Shown piece by piece: positions 40,378 through 50,530 of a DNA stretch of 64,000 bases; within the stretch, counting starts at the first letter, position 1, and every line of letters starts with the position of its first letter. Position numbers and translations under genes: made by a program. Under the pieces are notes generated by a model. That model was not told the origin of the DNA and did not search any database. It was given only the letters and a program-made list of their open reading frames with translations. This stretch comes from Waddliaceae bacterium (GTDB lineage: Bacteria > Chlamydiota > Chlamydiia > Chlamydiales > SLFE01). Where the stretch lies: contig CAWAPJ010000006.1 of assembly GCA_963783885.1 (NCBI GenBank), positions 1 through 64,000 of the forward strand, read 5' to 3'.

Positions 40378-41470
40378 ACCCTGATTGCTACCTAATCTTG
40401 TTGTTAAAGTCTTTCGTTGGATTCAGAAGCGTAGACTCGATTTGAAGGCAAGGGTAATCCCTTGCCGATAATCGAGGCTTAGCAGATGAATTCAATGAAA
40501 GATTTTAACGACAATAGTCTCTATGATACTTCCTTAGCCAAAAAGGGGGCATCATGGAAACTTACGCAACAACAGTTTATGTCATCAGCGAAGAAATCCT
40601 TCGAATTTTGGGGATTAAAGACGATCCTCAATCTCAAATGTCCAACGCAGAAGTGATAACTTTTGTTATTTTATCAGCAAAATATTTTTCTTGTAACTAT
40701 AAAATGTCCAGATATTTATGTAAAAGATTACGATTATTCAGAGCTATTTTAAGCAATAGCCGGCTAAATCGCCGAATTCATAAAATTCCTTGGATTTGTT
40801 GGAACGCCATTTTCCGTTTTTTAGCTCTATTTTTTAAGCAAATAAATAAAGATCAGGGTTTTGCTATAGACAGCTTTCCAGTTTCATGTTGTCAGAAAAA
40901 TAGAATCGATAAACGGAAGGTTTTTCTAGAACGAAGGTATTTAGGTTTCGCAGTTTCTAAAAAGCGTTACTTTTGCGGCATAAAAGTTCATAGGATTGTG
41001 ACGAGCGAAGGCAAGCCGGTTGAAGTTCTTTTCAAGCCAGGAGCAGTAAGCGATGTAAAGGTGCTCTGGGAAATGAAACTGGACATTCCACCAGATTCTA
41101 AACTTTATGCAGATGGTGCGTATAATTGCTTTGATTTAGAAGACATCTTGAAAGAAGAACAAATTACATTGCTTGCAAAACGGGGATGTAAAGCAAAGAA
41201 TAGAGTCCGAACACCAACTGAAGAGAGGGAAATTAGCAGCAAGCGACAGATTGTCGAGACGACATTTAGCTGCATAACAAACCTTTTCCCCAGAACTTTT
41301 AAGTTCTGCACTGAACAAGGCTTTTTGATAAAAGTATTCTGTGCAATTCTTGCCTATAGTGTTTTATTTTTATGCAAAGGGGAGCTCAGCTAGAGCTTAC
41401 ACGAGCACACCATCTACTGCCTGTAGCGCCTCGTGTAAGCTCTAGCTAAGGTTTAGGTAGCAATCAGGGT
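40378..41470 (+). mobile_element. IS982-family element, copy 1
   Basis: TIRs ACCCTGATTGCTACCTAA; 5-bp TSD CATAG at 40373-40377 and 41471-41475. Confidence 0.93.
40554..41393 (+). CDS. IS982-family transposase (intact ORF)
   Basis: SRLNRR, AIDSFP, YFCGIKVH, YADGAY, KRQIVETTFS. Confidence 0.9.
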   Translation: METYATTVYVISEEILRILGIKDDPQSQMSNAEVITFVILSAKYFSCNYKMSRYLCKRLRLFRAILSNSRLNRRIHKIPWICWNAIFRFLALFFKQINKDQGFAIDSFPVSCCQKNRIDKRKVFLERRYLGFAVSKKRYFCGIKVHRIVTSEGKPVEVLFKPGAVSDVKVLWEMKLDIPPDSKLYADGAYNCFDLEDILKEEQITLLAKRGCKAKNRVRTPTEEREISSKRQIVETTFSCITNLFPRTFKFCTEQGFLIKVFCAILAYSVLFLCKGELS

Positions 41471-42038
41471 CATAGGTGTGCTTAACAGATTTCGGCATTG
41501 CTTCGAGAAGCTTTGGGTATACTTCACAATCAGCAATTTTATTTTCAGTAAGAATCTCGAAAATGATTTCACTAGAGTCAGGACAAACTGCTAAGTGGAG
41601 TTTTCTCTATGTTCGCCTTTTACTATAACCATGCTGCCTAACCTTCCACTCACCTTCTCCATTTACTTTCAAACCGGTTGAATCGATTATAATATCGGTT
41701 ACATTTTTTTCAGAAAGTTTTTTCAATTCTTGTCCAAGCAATCAGGGTTCAAGGGGAGATAAAAAACCGATCGAATAATGAGCGCGGTGAGAATAGCGTC
41801 ATCAGAATAGAGTTTTGGACAACCCTTTTTTCCTATTTCTTTTGGAGCAGTCCACTTTTTGATAGCATCTTCAGAAAACCAAACAGTTATGTTTCCCCTT
41901 TGAATAAGAGATTTGTTATATTCGTTCCAGTTGCGAATGCGATATTTTGCCTTCATCTTGATTCTTCAATTTGTTACAAAAAAAATTAGAGTATTAGGTA
42001 TTTGTCGGCAAGTTCGTATTCGCCTTTTTGGAGAAAAG

Positions 42039-42446
42039 ATGACCAGTACTCACTCAACTGATGAAGCCAACCAAAAAAGAAATGACCTTCTAACAGGTAA
42101 AATCATAAGTGCTGTGATTGAAGTTCATCGAAGATTAGGTCCAGGCTTGCTTGAATCAACATACGAAACCTGTCTTTGCTACGAATTGAACCTTGCGGGT
42201 TTAAAAGTTAACCGGCAGATACCAGTACCTATTATTTATCGTGATAAAAAGCTAGACTCAGGCTACAGGATCGATATGATAGTGGAAGATAAGGTTATTT
42301 TGGAGATAAAATCTGTGGCTAATCTCTTGCCTGTGCATGAAGCCCAACTTCTATCATATCTTAAGCATAATGGTGGTGGCAGGGGTTTGCTTATCAATTT
42401 CAATGTAAAACTTCTTAAAAATGGGATTAGGCGACTAATCATTTAA
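42039..42446 (+). CDS. GxxExxY protein (PD-(D/E)XK nuclease-like)
   Basis: EVHRRLGPGLLESTYE, YRIDMIVEDKVILEIKSV, AQLLSYLK, GLLINF; GGAG RBS. Confidence 0.92.
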   Translation: MTSTHSTDEANQKRNDLLTGKIISAVIEVHRRLGPGLLESTYETCLCYELNLAGLKVNRQIPVPIIYRDKKLDSGYRIDMIVEDKVILEIKSVANLLPVHEAQLLSYLKHNGGGRGLLINFNVKLLKNGIRRLII

Positions 42447-42663
42447 TTCCTCTCTCATAATCTCTCAGTGAGCTCGGTGATCTCAGTGGTGATTCATGCA
42501 ACAACGCCATGTTGAGTGATCAACTCCTCTACCCACTAAATAAGTTTGAAAAACATATGGTAAATAGGATGCTCACCCCGGAGGGATCAATTTTTCGCCC
42601 CAGTGTGACAATCACAGTGAGAATCTCGGATTTGAATGCCAAACTAGTGTCTGGCCATGCCGG

Positions 42664-43512
42664 TTAGCTTGACGGTATGGTAAAAGTAAACGTCTGGGGT
42701 GCAGGGGGAACTGCAGGATTGCCAAGCCCTTGGCCTACATAATTCAACACTTGAGTATCAAACAAGACCCCGTTCAAATAAGCCCTCATGGTGAATGTGA
42801 CATCGAGTTCAAAACTTCCATCATAGTCAGTCGCCACGACAGTATATTGATCTCCCGCAAAAACATTAGAAATCGTACTGCTTTGCAGGTTAGTGACCGG
42901 AGCTCCAAGCATAAATGATTCAAATACTGTATCATTGGGAAGTCTGATCTCAAAATCTATGTCAGCATTGGTATCAAATATACTAAATTCATAATCAAAT
43001 TCAAAATAAAGGTCTCCTACTGGGTTCTCATGCAGACGCGGACAGTCTTCTGGATTCTTGATTGCAGTACAGACACCTGTTCCAATGATTCCTCCGACAG
43101 CCGCAGCGGGAACAAGCCATTTTTTTAACTGAGGACGAGCATCGTAGCACTCTTCATATTCACTATCCGGCTCGTACCAGCAATAATCGGAATCATAACA
43201 ATCATCATCAGTATATTCTTCGTCTATACCTATATTGACAACTGGAAGGACACCCCGTCCGTTTCTTAGAGGATTAACCCTTTTTGGAGGGGCTTCTGAA
43301 AGGATAGATTCTGAATGGGAAACTTTCTTCTTACTGCGATCGATGATGACAACCTGCGGTTGCTCCTCAGGAATTTCTCTTTCACGGGTTTGTTGTTCTG
43401 TTTCTGCAATGCTGTGATTTTTTGCCTCAGAAGGACACACTCCAACCTGTGACTTTGCAGAAAGCGAGGTCCATAAAAGTAAAAACGGGATTATCCAATT
43501 CATCCGAAACAT
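42664..43512 (-). CDS. Hypothetical exported protein
   Basis: Signal peptide, acidic Cys/Tyr segment, internal hydrophobic segment, beta-rich C-terminal domain. Confidence 0.65.
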   Translation of the reverse strand: MFRMNWIIPFLLLWTSLSAKSQVGVCPSEAKNHSIAETEQQTREREIPEEQPQVVIIDRSKKKVSHSESILSEAPPKRVNPLRNGRGVLPVVNIGIDEEYTDDDCYDSDYCWYEPDSEYEECYDARPQLKKWLVPAAAVGGIIGTGVCTAIKNPEDCPRLHENPVGDLYFEFDYEFSIFDTNADIDFEIRLPNDTVFESFMLGAPVTNLQSSTISNVFAGDQYTVVATDYDGSFELDVTFTMRAYLNGVLFDTQVLNYVGQGLGNPAVPPAPQTFTFTIPSS

Positions 43513-43591
43513 GTTATTGACTCCATTTAGAAATTCAAATTTGCTAACTTATTAAAAAAATCATTTGGAGTCAATAGCATTTTTGACGATA

Positions 43592-44434
43592 TCAAGAGCG
43601 CAGCTTACCTGTCCAAGCCAGCTTGGTGCGGAGGGTGTTGAAATAATCATGACGCTTGAGGGCGACCAGGCGGAATTTCCGCTTAGAAAAACGGATCGTG
43701 AACACTTCGCCTGTTGTCATGGTATGGCAGGACATGCCGTCATTGGAGATTTCGACAGGTTCCAGCTCGCTTAAGTACTGAATTTGAATGTTTTCTTCAG
43801 GGCGAATGACAATGGGGCGGTTGGATATCGTATGTGGGCTGATAGGAGTGATGCAAATGGCAGTGATGCCGGGTTCAATGATAGGTCCGCCTGCGGCAAG
43901 AGAGTAGGCTGTCGAGCCGCAAGGGGTTGCGATGATAATGCCGTCGGCAGAGAACGTATTGAGGTAGTAGCCGTCTACATGGAGCGCCAGATCAACTAAG
44001 CTGGGATTTCGGGCCCGATGCAAGACCATATCGTTGACGGCAAAAAATTTCTCTCCTTTTATCGTTTCGCCTTCAATCATCAAACGCTCTAATATATTGC
44101 ATTCGCCATTGATGAGATCCTGAAGGCTGGGATAGATTTCCGGAACAGGGATATCTGCCAAAAACCCTAAACTGCCCATATTGATTCCAAGAATAGGAGC
44201 TGTCAGTTCGGGATGCTTGTGAAGAACCCGCAAAATCGTGCCATCCCCTCCCAAGGTGATGATATAGTCGATTTGCGCGGAGTCGATTGAAGAGAGTTTG
44301 TCGGCTCCAAGATGTCCGGCCTCTTCGTCTTCGACAACAACTTCAACCCCTTCTTTTATTAGATATTCCCTAATGCCGATGGCAATGCTTTTCGTTTGCC
44401 TCTTTAATATATTCGGGAACATGGCAATGATCAT
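43592..44434 (-). CDS. nadK: NAD kinase
   Basis: LGGDGTIL, GSLGFL, DGIIIATPCGSTAYSLAAGG. Confidence 0.96.
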   Translation of the reverse strand: MIIAMFPNILKRQTKSIAIGIREYLIKEGVEVVVEDEEAGHLGADKLSSIDSAQIDYIITLGGDGTILRVLHKHPELTAPILGINMGSLGFLADIPVPEIYPSLQDLINGECNILERLMIEGETIKGEKFFAVNDMVLHRARNPSLVDLALHVDGYYLNTFSADGIIIATPCGSTAYSLAAGGPIIEPGITAICITPISPHTISNRPIVIRPEENIQIQYLSELEPVEISNDGMSCHTMTTGEVFTIRFSKRKFRLVALKRHDYFNTLRTKLAWTGKLRS

Positions 44435-44438
44435 GGCG

Positions 44439-46328
44439 TCACCTCATTTTAGACATCTTAAAGGAAAACTGCTCAAGGATCTGATCTGTGATCTTTTCGG
44501 GAGTCAGGCTAATTTCGTTAATGATGTCTTTGTAGGCGCCGTGGCCGATAAACCGTTCGGGAATTCCAATATTCAATACTTCGGCGTCGTTATACCCTTG
44601 CTGGATGAGGTAATTGTTTATGATGGATCCCAAACCGCACGAAACTGCGTGCTCTTCAATAGTCACAACTTGATTGTGAGTCAGCATTAATTTTGCAAGC
44701 AGCTCATGATCAAGGGGTTTTACAAACACAGGATCCATCAATGTCGCGTTAATCCCGCTTTTTTGCAAATTCTCCTTCACTTGTTTCGCTGTCTTATTCA
44801 TATGGCCGAGCGCAATAATTAGCAAGCCTCTCCCCTCTTCCAGGATTTCTCCCTTGCCCAATTCTCTATACTTAAGAGGTTCAGCGGGATTATCTGTAGC
44901 CATATTGGGATACCGGATCGCTGTTGGCATGCCATAGCTGAAAGCTGAAGAGAGTAATTCCCTCAATACAAGTCCATTGCGCGGCTGTGTTATGACCATG
45001 TTGGGCATTGCGTTTAGAAAGGATATATCGTAGATTCCGTGGTGGGTGGCTCCGTCGGGGCCTGAAATGCCGCCCCTGTCGAGGGCAAAAACAACAGGAA
45101 GCTCCTGAAGGCAAACATCATGGAAAAGATTGTCCAGCCCTCTTTGAAGAAAAGTAGCATAGATGGAACAGACAACTTTCATCTGATTCCCATAGGCGAG
45201 TCCTCCCGAGAAGGTGACGGCGTGGGCTTCGGCAATACCCACATCGAGACACCGTTTTGGGTATTTTCTCATAAAAGGGTCCAGTGACGATCCAAAGGAC
45301 ATGGCCGGAGTTACGGCCATAATTGACGCATCGCTATCAGCCATTTCCAAAAGATGGTTTCCGAAGATTTTAGGGAATGTGGGCACGCTAGGAGAAGAGG
45401 CGATAAATTTACCGGTCACTTTGTCGAATGGTTTGGCGCCGTGATGAGTTACAGGGCTTCTTAGCGCCTCGGGCATTCCTTCCCCTTTATTTGTGATTAC
45501 ATGGACAAGAACCGGATTGTCTGAGTCGCGAATTCCTTGAAATGTTTCAATAAGCCCTTCAACATCATGACCGTCGACCGGACCGATATAGGAAAGGCCG
45601 AAAAATTCAAGAAGAGCAGCCGAGCTGAAATAATTTTTAAGTGAACGGAGAAATTTCCGTCCCTGCTTTGTCAGATGTTTTCCGAGAGGGGCTTTTTCGA
45701 TCCATTTGTCTATTTTAGAGTGGAGGCGGTGCATTAATGGGTTGCTGATGACACGGCTCAAGATCTTGGTGATATTGCCTACATTTTTTGAAATAGACAT
45801 TCTGTTATCATTTAGGATGATGATGAATTTTTTTCGGTCTCGGCCAAGGTTATTGAGCGCTTCAAGCGACATGCCGCAGGTCAGAGTGGCATCGCCGATG
45901 ATGGGAATCACATAATTGTTTTCATTGCTTAAGTCCCGGGTAGTCGCGACGCCAAGGGCAAGCGACATCGCGGTGCCCGCATGTCCCGCATGGAAGTGGT
46001 CGTGAGGGGACTCTTTGGGATGGCTGAAGCCGCAAAGGCCGCCATACTGGCGTATTGTCTCGAAACGGTCGTTCCGCCCGGTCAAAATTTTGTGGACATA
46101 AGTTTGATGGCTCACATCCCAAATCATTTTATCCAAAGGGGAGTCAAATACATAGTGGAGGGCGACGGAGAGTTCGACAGCCCCGAGATTTGAGGCTAAA
46201 TGCCCGCCTGTGACCGACAGAACGTCGATGATCCGCTCGCGAATCTCTTTGCAGAGGGGGTTTAATTCGGAGATAGCGAGTTTCTTCAGATCATCCGGGG
46301 AGTTGATCCCGGAGAGTTTACCCTTCAT
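44439..46328 (-). CDS. dxs: 1-deoxy-D-xylulose-5-phosphate synthase
   Basis: [41 protein letters not shown]. Confidence 0.97.
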   Translation of the reverse strand: MKGKLSGINSPDDLKKLAISELNPLCKEIRERIIDVLSVTGGHLASNLGAVELSVALHYVFDSPLDKMIWDVSHQTYVHKILTGRNDRFETIRQYGGLCGFSHPKESPHDHFHAGHAGTAMSLALGVATTRDLSNENNYVIPIIGDATLTCGMSLEALNNLGRDRKKFIIILNDNRMSISKNVGNITKILSRVISNPLMHRLHSKIDKWIEKAPLGKHLTKQGRKFLRSLKNYFSSAALLEFFGLSYIGPVDGHDVEGLIETFQGIRDSDNPVLVHVITNKGEGMPEALRSPVTHHGAKPFDKVTGKFIASSPSVPTFPKIFGNHLLEMADSDASIMAVTPAMSFGSSLDPFMRKYPKRCLDVGIAEAHAVTFSGGLAYGNQMKVVCSIYATFLQRGLDNLFHDVCLQELPVVFALDRGGISGPDGATHHGIYDISFLNAMPNMVITQPRNGLVLRELLSSAFSYGMPTAIRYPNMATDNPAEPLKYRELGKGEILEEGRGLLIIALGHMNKTAKQVKENLQKSGINATLMDPVFVKPLDHELLAKLMLTHNQVVTIEEHAVSCGLGSIINNYLIQQGYNDAEVLNIGIPERFIGHGAYKDIINEISLTPEKITDQILEQFSFKMSKMR

Positions 46329-46575
46329 AATCTTCAACCTCGGGATTGCCTTCCTCATCCAGCACAAGGTTCCCTTGACGGTTCTTAATCAATGATTCTA
46401 CTTTTTTTTCGGCCGATGACAAGCGCTTGCCGCAAGAGGCAATCAATTGGTTGGCTTCCTCGAAAAGCTTGAGCGAATCATCGAGCGAGATGCTTCCTGA
46501 ATTCATTTTTTCCAGGATATCTTCCAGCCGCTTAATCGATTTTTCAAAGCTGATTTCATCTGGTTTCTTTGTCAT
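46318..46575 (-). CDS. xseB: Exodeoxyribonuclease VII small subunit
   Basis: [28 protein letters not shown]. Confidence 0.92.
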   Translation of the reverse strand: MTKKPDEISFEKSIKRLEDILEKMNSGSISLDDSLKLFEEANQLIASCGKRLSSAEKKVESLIKNRQGNLVLDEEGNPEVEDYEG

Positions 46576-47905
46576 AGAACGTATCCTCAACTTCCGCAAG
46601 GGCCTCACCGTCTGAGAGTAACATCCTCACTATCTGATGTTTTCGGAGTGATTTTACTGAAGTTATAACTGATTTGTCTTTTTCATTAAAGACTATACTA
46701 TAACCGCGTTTTAAAAGTTTTTTTGGATCGATAGCGAGAAAAGTCTCTCGAAGGCTCTGCAATTTATTTTTTGACTGGGCAATGAGGTTTTCTTGCGATC
46801 TGATGATCGACTGTTCCAAGGCAAGAATTTTTTGTTTGACATGAAGAATTTGCGTTTTAGGGTTCAGGGCGCTCAGTTCTCTGCCGATGCTTTTGAGCTG
46901 CAACTGTTTTTGTAGAATCAGCTGCCTTGGGGCCCTCTGAAGCTGGCTTTGCAGATCATCGAGTTTCTGCATCCAAACTCCCAATAGGTGGTAGGGGCTT
47001 GAAAAAGCCGGCTGGCGGATAAACCCTTCGATGATGCTTTTGTTTTGATGAATCAGGTGGCGGATCGTCTGTATGATACGCAACTGAAGCTGGTCCAGAT
47101 GTTTTTGCAGCTGGATTTTTTCGCGAGTCACCAGTTCTGCCGCGGCCGAAGGGGTGGGCGCCCTGACATCGGCAACGTACTCGGCAATCGTGTGGTCGGT
47201 CTCATGGCCGACTGCTCCGATAATCGGGATGTCGCTATGAAAAATGGCGCTTGCAAGGGTTTCTTCATTGAAGGCCCATAGATCTTCGATGCTGCCGCCG
47301 CCGCGGCCGACAATGATCACATCGACCAGTTTATGCCGGTTGAACTGCTCGATCGCTTTGGCGATCTCCTCGGCAGCTCCCTCTCCCTGAACCTTAACCG
47401 GGTTTAGCAGAATATGAAGCCCGGCAAACCTCCTGTCCAAAACATTGAGCATATCCCGGATCGCCGCTCCGGTCGGACTGGTCACGATGCCGATTTTTTT
47501 CGGAAGAGGAGGGAGCGGTTTCTTATGTTCTTTGGAAAACCAGCCCCGCCGGTTGATCTCTCTTTTCAGCTCTTCGAGTTTCAGCAGCAGGGCGCCCACT
47601 CCTGCAAGAGACAGATCCCGAACGACTATTTGGTAGTTTCCTCTCGGGGGATAAACATTCAGATCGCCTTTGACGACAACTTGGTCTCCCTCTTTGGGGA
47701 GTGTTTTCAGTTTGGAGGCCTGCCCGGCAAACATCACCGCGCTCACTTGCGAATCAGCATCTTTCAAAGAAAAATAAAGATGTCCTGAAGACTGTCGCTT
47801 AAAGTTGCTCACCTCGCCCTGGACCGCGACATTGCAAAACCTCGGTTCTAAGACATTTTTGATCGCAAAGGTGAGTTCAGAAACCGTCAGAGTATTTTGC
47901 GTCAT
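46556..47905 (-). CDS. xseA: Exodeoxyribonuclease VII large subunit
   Basis: GEVSNF..SSGHLYFSLKD, GRGGGSIEDLW, VGHETD, APTPSAAAE. Confidence 0.96.
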   Translation of the reverse strand: MTQNTLTVSELTFAIKNVLEPRFCNVAVQGEVSNFKRQSSGHLYFSLKDADSQVSAVMFAGQASKLKTLPKEGDQVVVKGDLNVYPPRGNYQIVVRDLSLAGVGALLLKLEELKREINRRGWFSKEHKKPLPPLPKKIGIVTSPTGAAIRDMLNVLDRRFAGLHILLNPVKVQGEGAAEEIAKAIEQFNRHKLVDVIIVGRGGGSIEDLWAFNEETLASAIFHSDIPIIGAVGHETDHTIAEYVADVRAPTPSAAAELVTREKIQLQKHLDQLQLRIIQTIRHLIHQNKSIIEGFIRQPAFSSPYHLLGVWMQKLDDLQSQLQRAPRQLILQKQLQLKSIGRELSALNPKTQILHVKQKILALEQSIIRSQENLIAQSKNKLQSLRETFLAIDPKKLLKRGYSIVFNEKDKSVITSVKSLRKHQIVRMLLSDGEALAEVEDTFYDKETR

Positions 47906-47930
47906 GCGGCCATTGTATATTGGCAATAAA

Positions 47931-48218
47931 TTAGACTAAAGTGGTTTTTTTAGGTTTGCACCATGTTCTGCAGTCATCGATGCGTTTAATGCCGAGCTTT
48001 TCGCCAAGTTGTGATAAGTCGAGTTCTTTGACTGAGATGTTCTTTGAATGAATAATCCTTTGAATTCTCTCGGCAATGATTTTCCGGTCCGGCGCTTCAT
48101 AAAAGTCGGAATAAGGGGGCTGGACGAGCTCTTCGCTGCACCAGGGCGTCCCATGGGCCCAGTGATATGAGGCATTTTGATAGATCGTATCAACTATGGG
48201 AGTTATTGAGGGGTCCAT
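47931..48218 (-). CDS. Small hypothetical protein or gene fragment
   Basis: 95-aa ORF in an intergenic gap; ends shortly after LRR-like VKELDLSQLG. Confidence 0.4.
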   Translation of the reverse strand: MDPSITPIVDTIYQNASYHWAHGTPWCSEELVQPPYSDFYEAPDRKIIAERIQRIIHSKNISVKELDLSQLGEKLGIKRIDDCRTWCKPKKTTLV

Positions 48219-48310
48219 ATTTTTTATTATATAAATATTTGTGAATTTTCTCTTGAATTTTCTTGCCAATTGCACTATTCTATTATTTCTGATTTTATGA
48301 GGAGTATCCC

Positions 48311-49087
48311 ATGGCCAAACGCGATGTGGTGATAGCCGGCAACTGGAAAATGTACAAAACCATTCCCGAAGCGGTGAGCTTTGTGGAGAGGCTGGCTCCT
48401 GCGATCGCCGAAATCCCGGTAAAAGTTTTTTTAGCCGTTCCTTTTACCGCTATAGCGAGCGTTTCGGCTAAAGCCGAAGGGACTCCGATGACCATTGGCG
48501 CGCAAAATATGAATGACGCTTCCGAAGGGGCTTTTACAGGGGAAATTGCGGCTAAAATGCTTGTTGACGCCGGCGCGAAGTTCGTCATTCTCGGTCATTC
48601 CGAAAGGCGGCATATTTTTGGCGAGTCCAATGAATTTATCAACCAGAAGGTGATCAAAGCCCTCGAAAGCGGCCTGCTGCCCATACTATGCGTCGGCGAG
48701 ACTCACGAAGAGAGGGATGCCGGAAAAACCGACGAGGTCGTCAGGCAGCAGCTGACGGAATGCCTGACCGGGGTCAATCCCGATAATGTCGATGGATTGA
48801 TTGTTGCTTATGAGCCCGTATGGGCGATTGGTTCCGGGGAGACGCCGACAGTGGAAGATGCGCAAAAAGAACATAAGTTTGTACGCGAAGTCATCGCCGA
48901 TTTGCTGGGCAAAAAGATTGCCGAAAAGACTGTGATTCAATATGGCGGATCGGTCAAGCCCCACAACGCAAAAGAATTTATGGACCAGCCCGATGTGGAC
49001 GGCCTTCTTGTGGGCGGCGCTTCACTAACAACGGAGTCGTTTGCAGGCATTTTGGAAAATGTGACGGCGACGCAACTAAAAATTTAG
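48311..49087 (+). CDS. tpiA: Triosephosphate isomerase
   Basis: AGNWKM, GHSERR, AYEPVWAIG, YGGSV, GLLVGGAS. Confidence 0.98.
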   Translation: MAKRDVVIAGNWKMYKTIPEAVSFVERLAPAIAEIPVKVFLAVPFTAIASVSAKAEGTPMTIGAQNMNDASEGAFTGEIAAKMLVDAGAKFVILGHSERRHIFGESNEFINQKVIKALESGLLPILCVGETHEERDAGKTDEVVRQQLTECLTGVNPDNVDGLIVAYEPVWAIGSGETPTVEDAQKEHKFVREVIADLLGKKIAEKTVIQYGGSVKPHNAKEFMDQPDVDGLLVGGASLTTESFAGILENVTATQLKI

Positions 49088-49097
49088 GTTAACAGAG

Positions 49098-49388
49098 ATG
49101 ACGTTTTTATTCTTTTTTACAATTTTTATTTTTCTCATCCTTTGTGTGATGCTCTGCGGAGTGATTATGATTCAAGAGGGCAAAGGGGGCGGTCTGGGAG
49201 CTTCTTTTGGCGGAGATGTCAGCGACTCTCTGTTCGGCGCGTCGACTGCCGATGTTCTCAAGCGTTTCACCGGCTGGCTGGCGGCTATTTTTCTGATTGC
49301 CTGCGTGATCCTGTCCCTCTGGACGGAGGTGATGGGGCGGACAAAGACAAGCGCCGCGCCGTACGATGTCGAGTATATCGAAGAATAA
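49098..49388 (+). CDS. secG: Preprotein translocase subunit SecG
   Basis: TM-IQEGKGGGLGASFGG-TM, directly after tpiA. Confidence 0.93.
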   Translation: MTFLFFFTIFIFLILCVMLCGVIMIQEGKGGGLGASFGGDVSDSLFGASTADVLKRFTGWLAAIFLIACVILSLWTEVMGRTKTSAAPYDVEYIEE

Positions 49389-49465
49389 CTTTACCAATCT
49401 TAATATTGTTTCTCTAACCTGTTACTCTTAATGGCTTTTTTTTTGGAGAATAAAGGAGAAGTTTT

Positions 49466-50530
49466 ATGACTGTAGCAATTACTCAGCGATCACCTCAAGC
49501 AGCACGAAATAATGAGACAAACGAAGGAGCGTCTTCGCCGGATTTCCCTGATTCTATCCCAACGAATCAGCATAATTGTGAACTAGACACATCCAGAATT
49601 GCCCGTGAGCTCGGCCTGCCGGATGATGACAATGTCATACCCAGGGTGAGAGCGCTAGCTAAGCACGCGGGTATTGAAGCGGAATCTACTGATGAGTTGG
49701 TCGAAGCTCTCCAAAATATGGCAAAAGAGTCAGAGGGCGAAGAATCGGTTTTTCAGAAAATTTTGCTTGGGAAAGATCTAAAAATTTATAAGAGATTCTT
49801 AGAGGAAAATAATAACATAATGCTCATTCCCTTCTTATGCAGTTTTGTCGACAACGGAATGGATTTAGATCTTTTATCCTGCTTGATAAATTCAACTCTG
49901 AAAGGATTGAAAATTAACGAATTTCATTTCGAAGGAATTTTATCTCAATTGAAAAACCGCGAAGATATCGGAAATAATCCCCATGTCAAGAAATTTATCG
50001 ATCTGATGATTGGCAAACTCGAGTTAATTTGGGAGAGGAACACTTCTTGCTATTATCCGGATCTATTTAAGAGTGTCTTTAAGGTGCGTGAGTTGGTTCA
50101 AAAGGAAGATAAGGATGGAATTGACGAAGCTTTATGCAACCTCTTTCTCAAAGGGGAGAAGGCCGGATATGCCTTGAGCGAACGGGAAATTACGCAACTA
50201 TTAGAAAAGGACTCAATTTCAGAAAAAGTTGCAGAAGTTCTGATTAGCGGTGACGTCAGCTATGAAACAATCAAATCTGTTGGCAAAAAATTTCCCAAAA
50301 ACAAAGAAATTGTCAAAAAGCATAAGGAAATTGCCGATGCGAAACTGAGCAAGGTCATAAAAGTGATCACCGAAATTGCTGTATTCGCTTTTGTCTTTAT
50401 CGGCTGTACGGCACTTGGGGTTTTGTTCCCATCGGTCTCGGTATTTACTGGAGTTGCCGGCATTGCGCTTTTAATGGCTTTCCACTGGTTCCTTTGGAAT
50501 AAAGTTAAAGGAGGACCTACAGCTGTGTAG
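49466..50530 (+). CDS. Hypothetical protein with C-terminal bilobed hydrophobic domain (Inc-like)
   Basis: AAGGAG RBS, Ser/Pro/Asn-rich N-terminus, about 40-aa hydrophobic hairpin at the C-terminus. Confidence 0.65.
   Translation: MTVAITQRSPQAARNNETNEGASSPDFPDSIPTNQHNCELDTSRIARELGLPDDDNVIPRVRALAKHAGIEAESTDELVEALQNMAKESEGEESVFQKILLGKDLKIYKRFLEENNNIMLIPFLCSFVDNGMDLDLLSCLINSTLKGLKINEFHFEGILSQLKNREDIGNNPHVKKFIDLMIGKLELIWERNTSCYYPDLFKSVFKVRELVQKEDKDGIDEALCNLFLKGEKAGYALSEREITQLLEKDSISEKVAEVLISGDVSYETIKSVGKKFPKNKEIVKKHKEIADAKLSKVIKVITEIAVFAFVFIGCTALGVLFPSVSVFTGVAGIALLMAFHWFLWNKVKGGPTAV

Larger units (their letters stand above)
40013..41956 (-). pseudogene. IS903-type DDE transposase pseudogene
   Basis: KYRIRNWNEYNKSLIQRG, IDSTGLKV.GEGEWKVRQHG, RKLHLAV, GDGAYD, YHHRSLAETAMFRFK; has stops, a deletion and an IS982 insertion. 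Confidence 0.9.
39949..42508. mobile_element. IS5-family (IS903 group) element with GxxExxY passenger gene, decayed
   Basis: 58-bp inverted repeats at 39949-40006 and 42451-42508 (53/58 identical) starting GGC[T/G]TTGTTG; enclose a transposase pseudogene and a GxxExxY gene. Confidence 0.85.

Noticed and set aside
41913-42038. Extended TTG start for the GxxExxY ORF
   Set aside because: It overlaps the transposase start; ATG 42039 has an RBS and gives the typical family length
39940-42517. 9-bp target duplication expected for an IS903-type element
   Set aside because: The flanks (CCTCCGCAT and ATGTTGAGT) do not match, so no TSD is claimed
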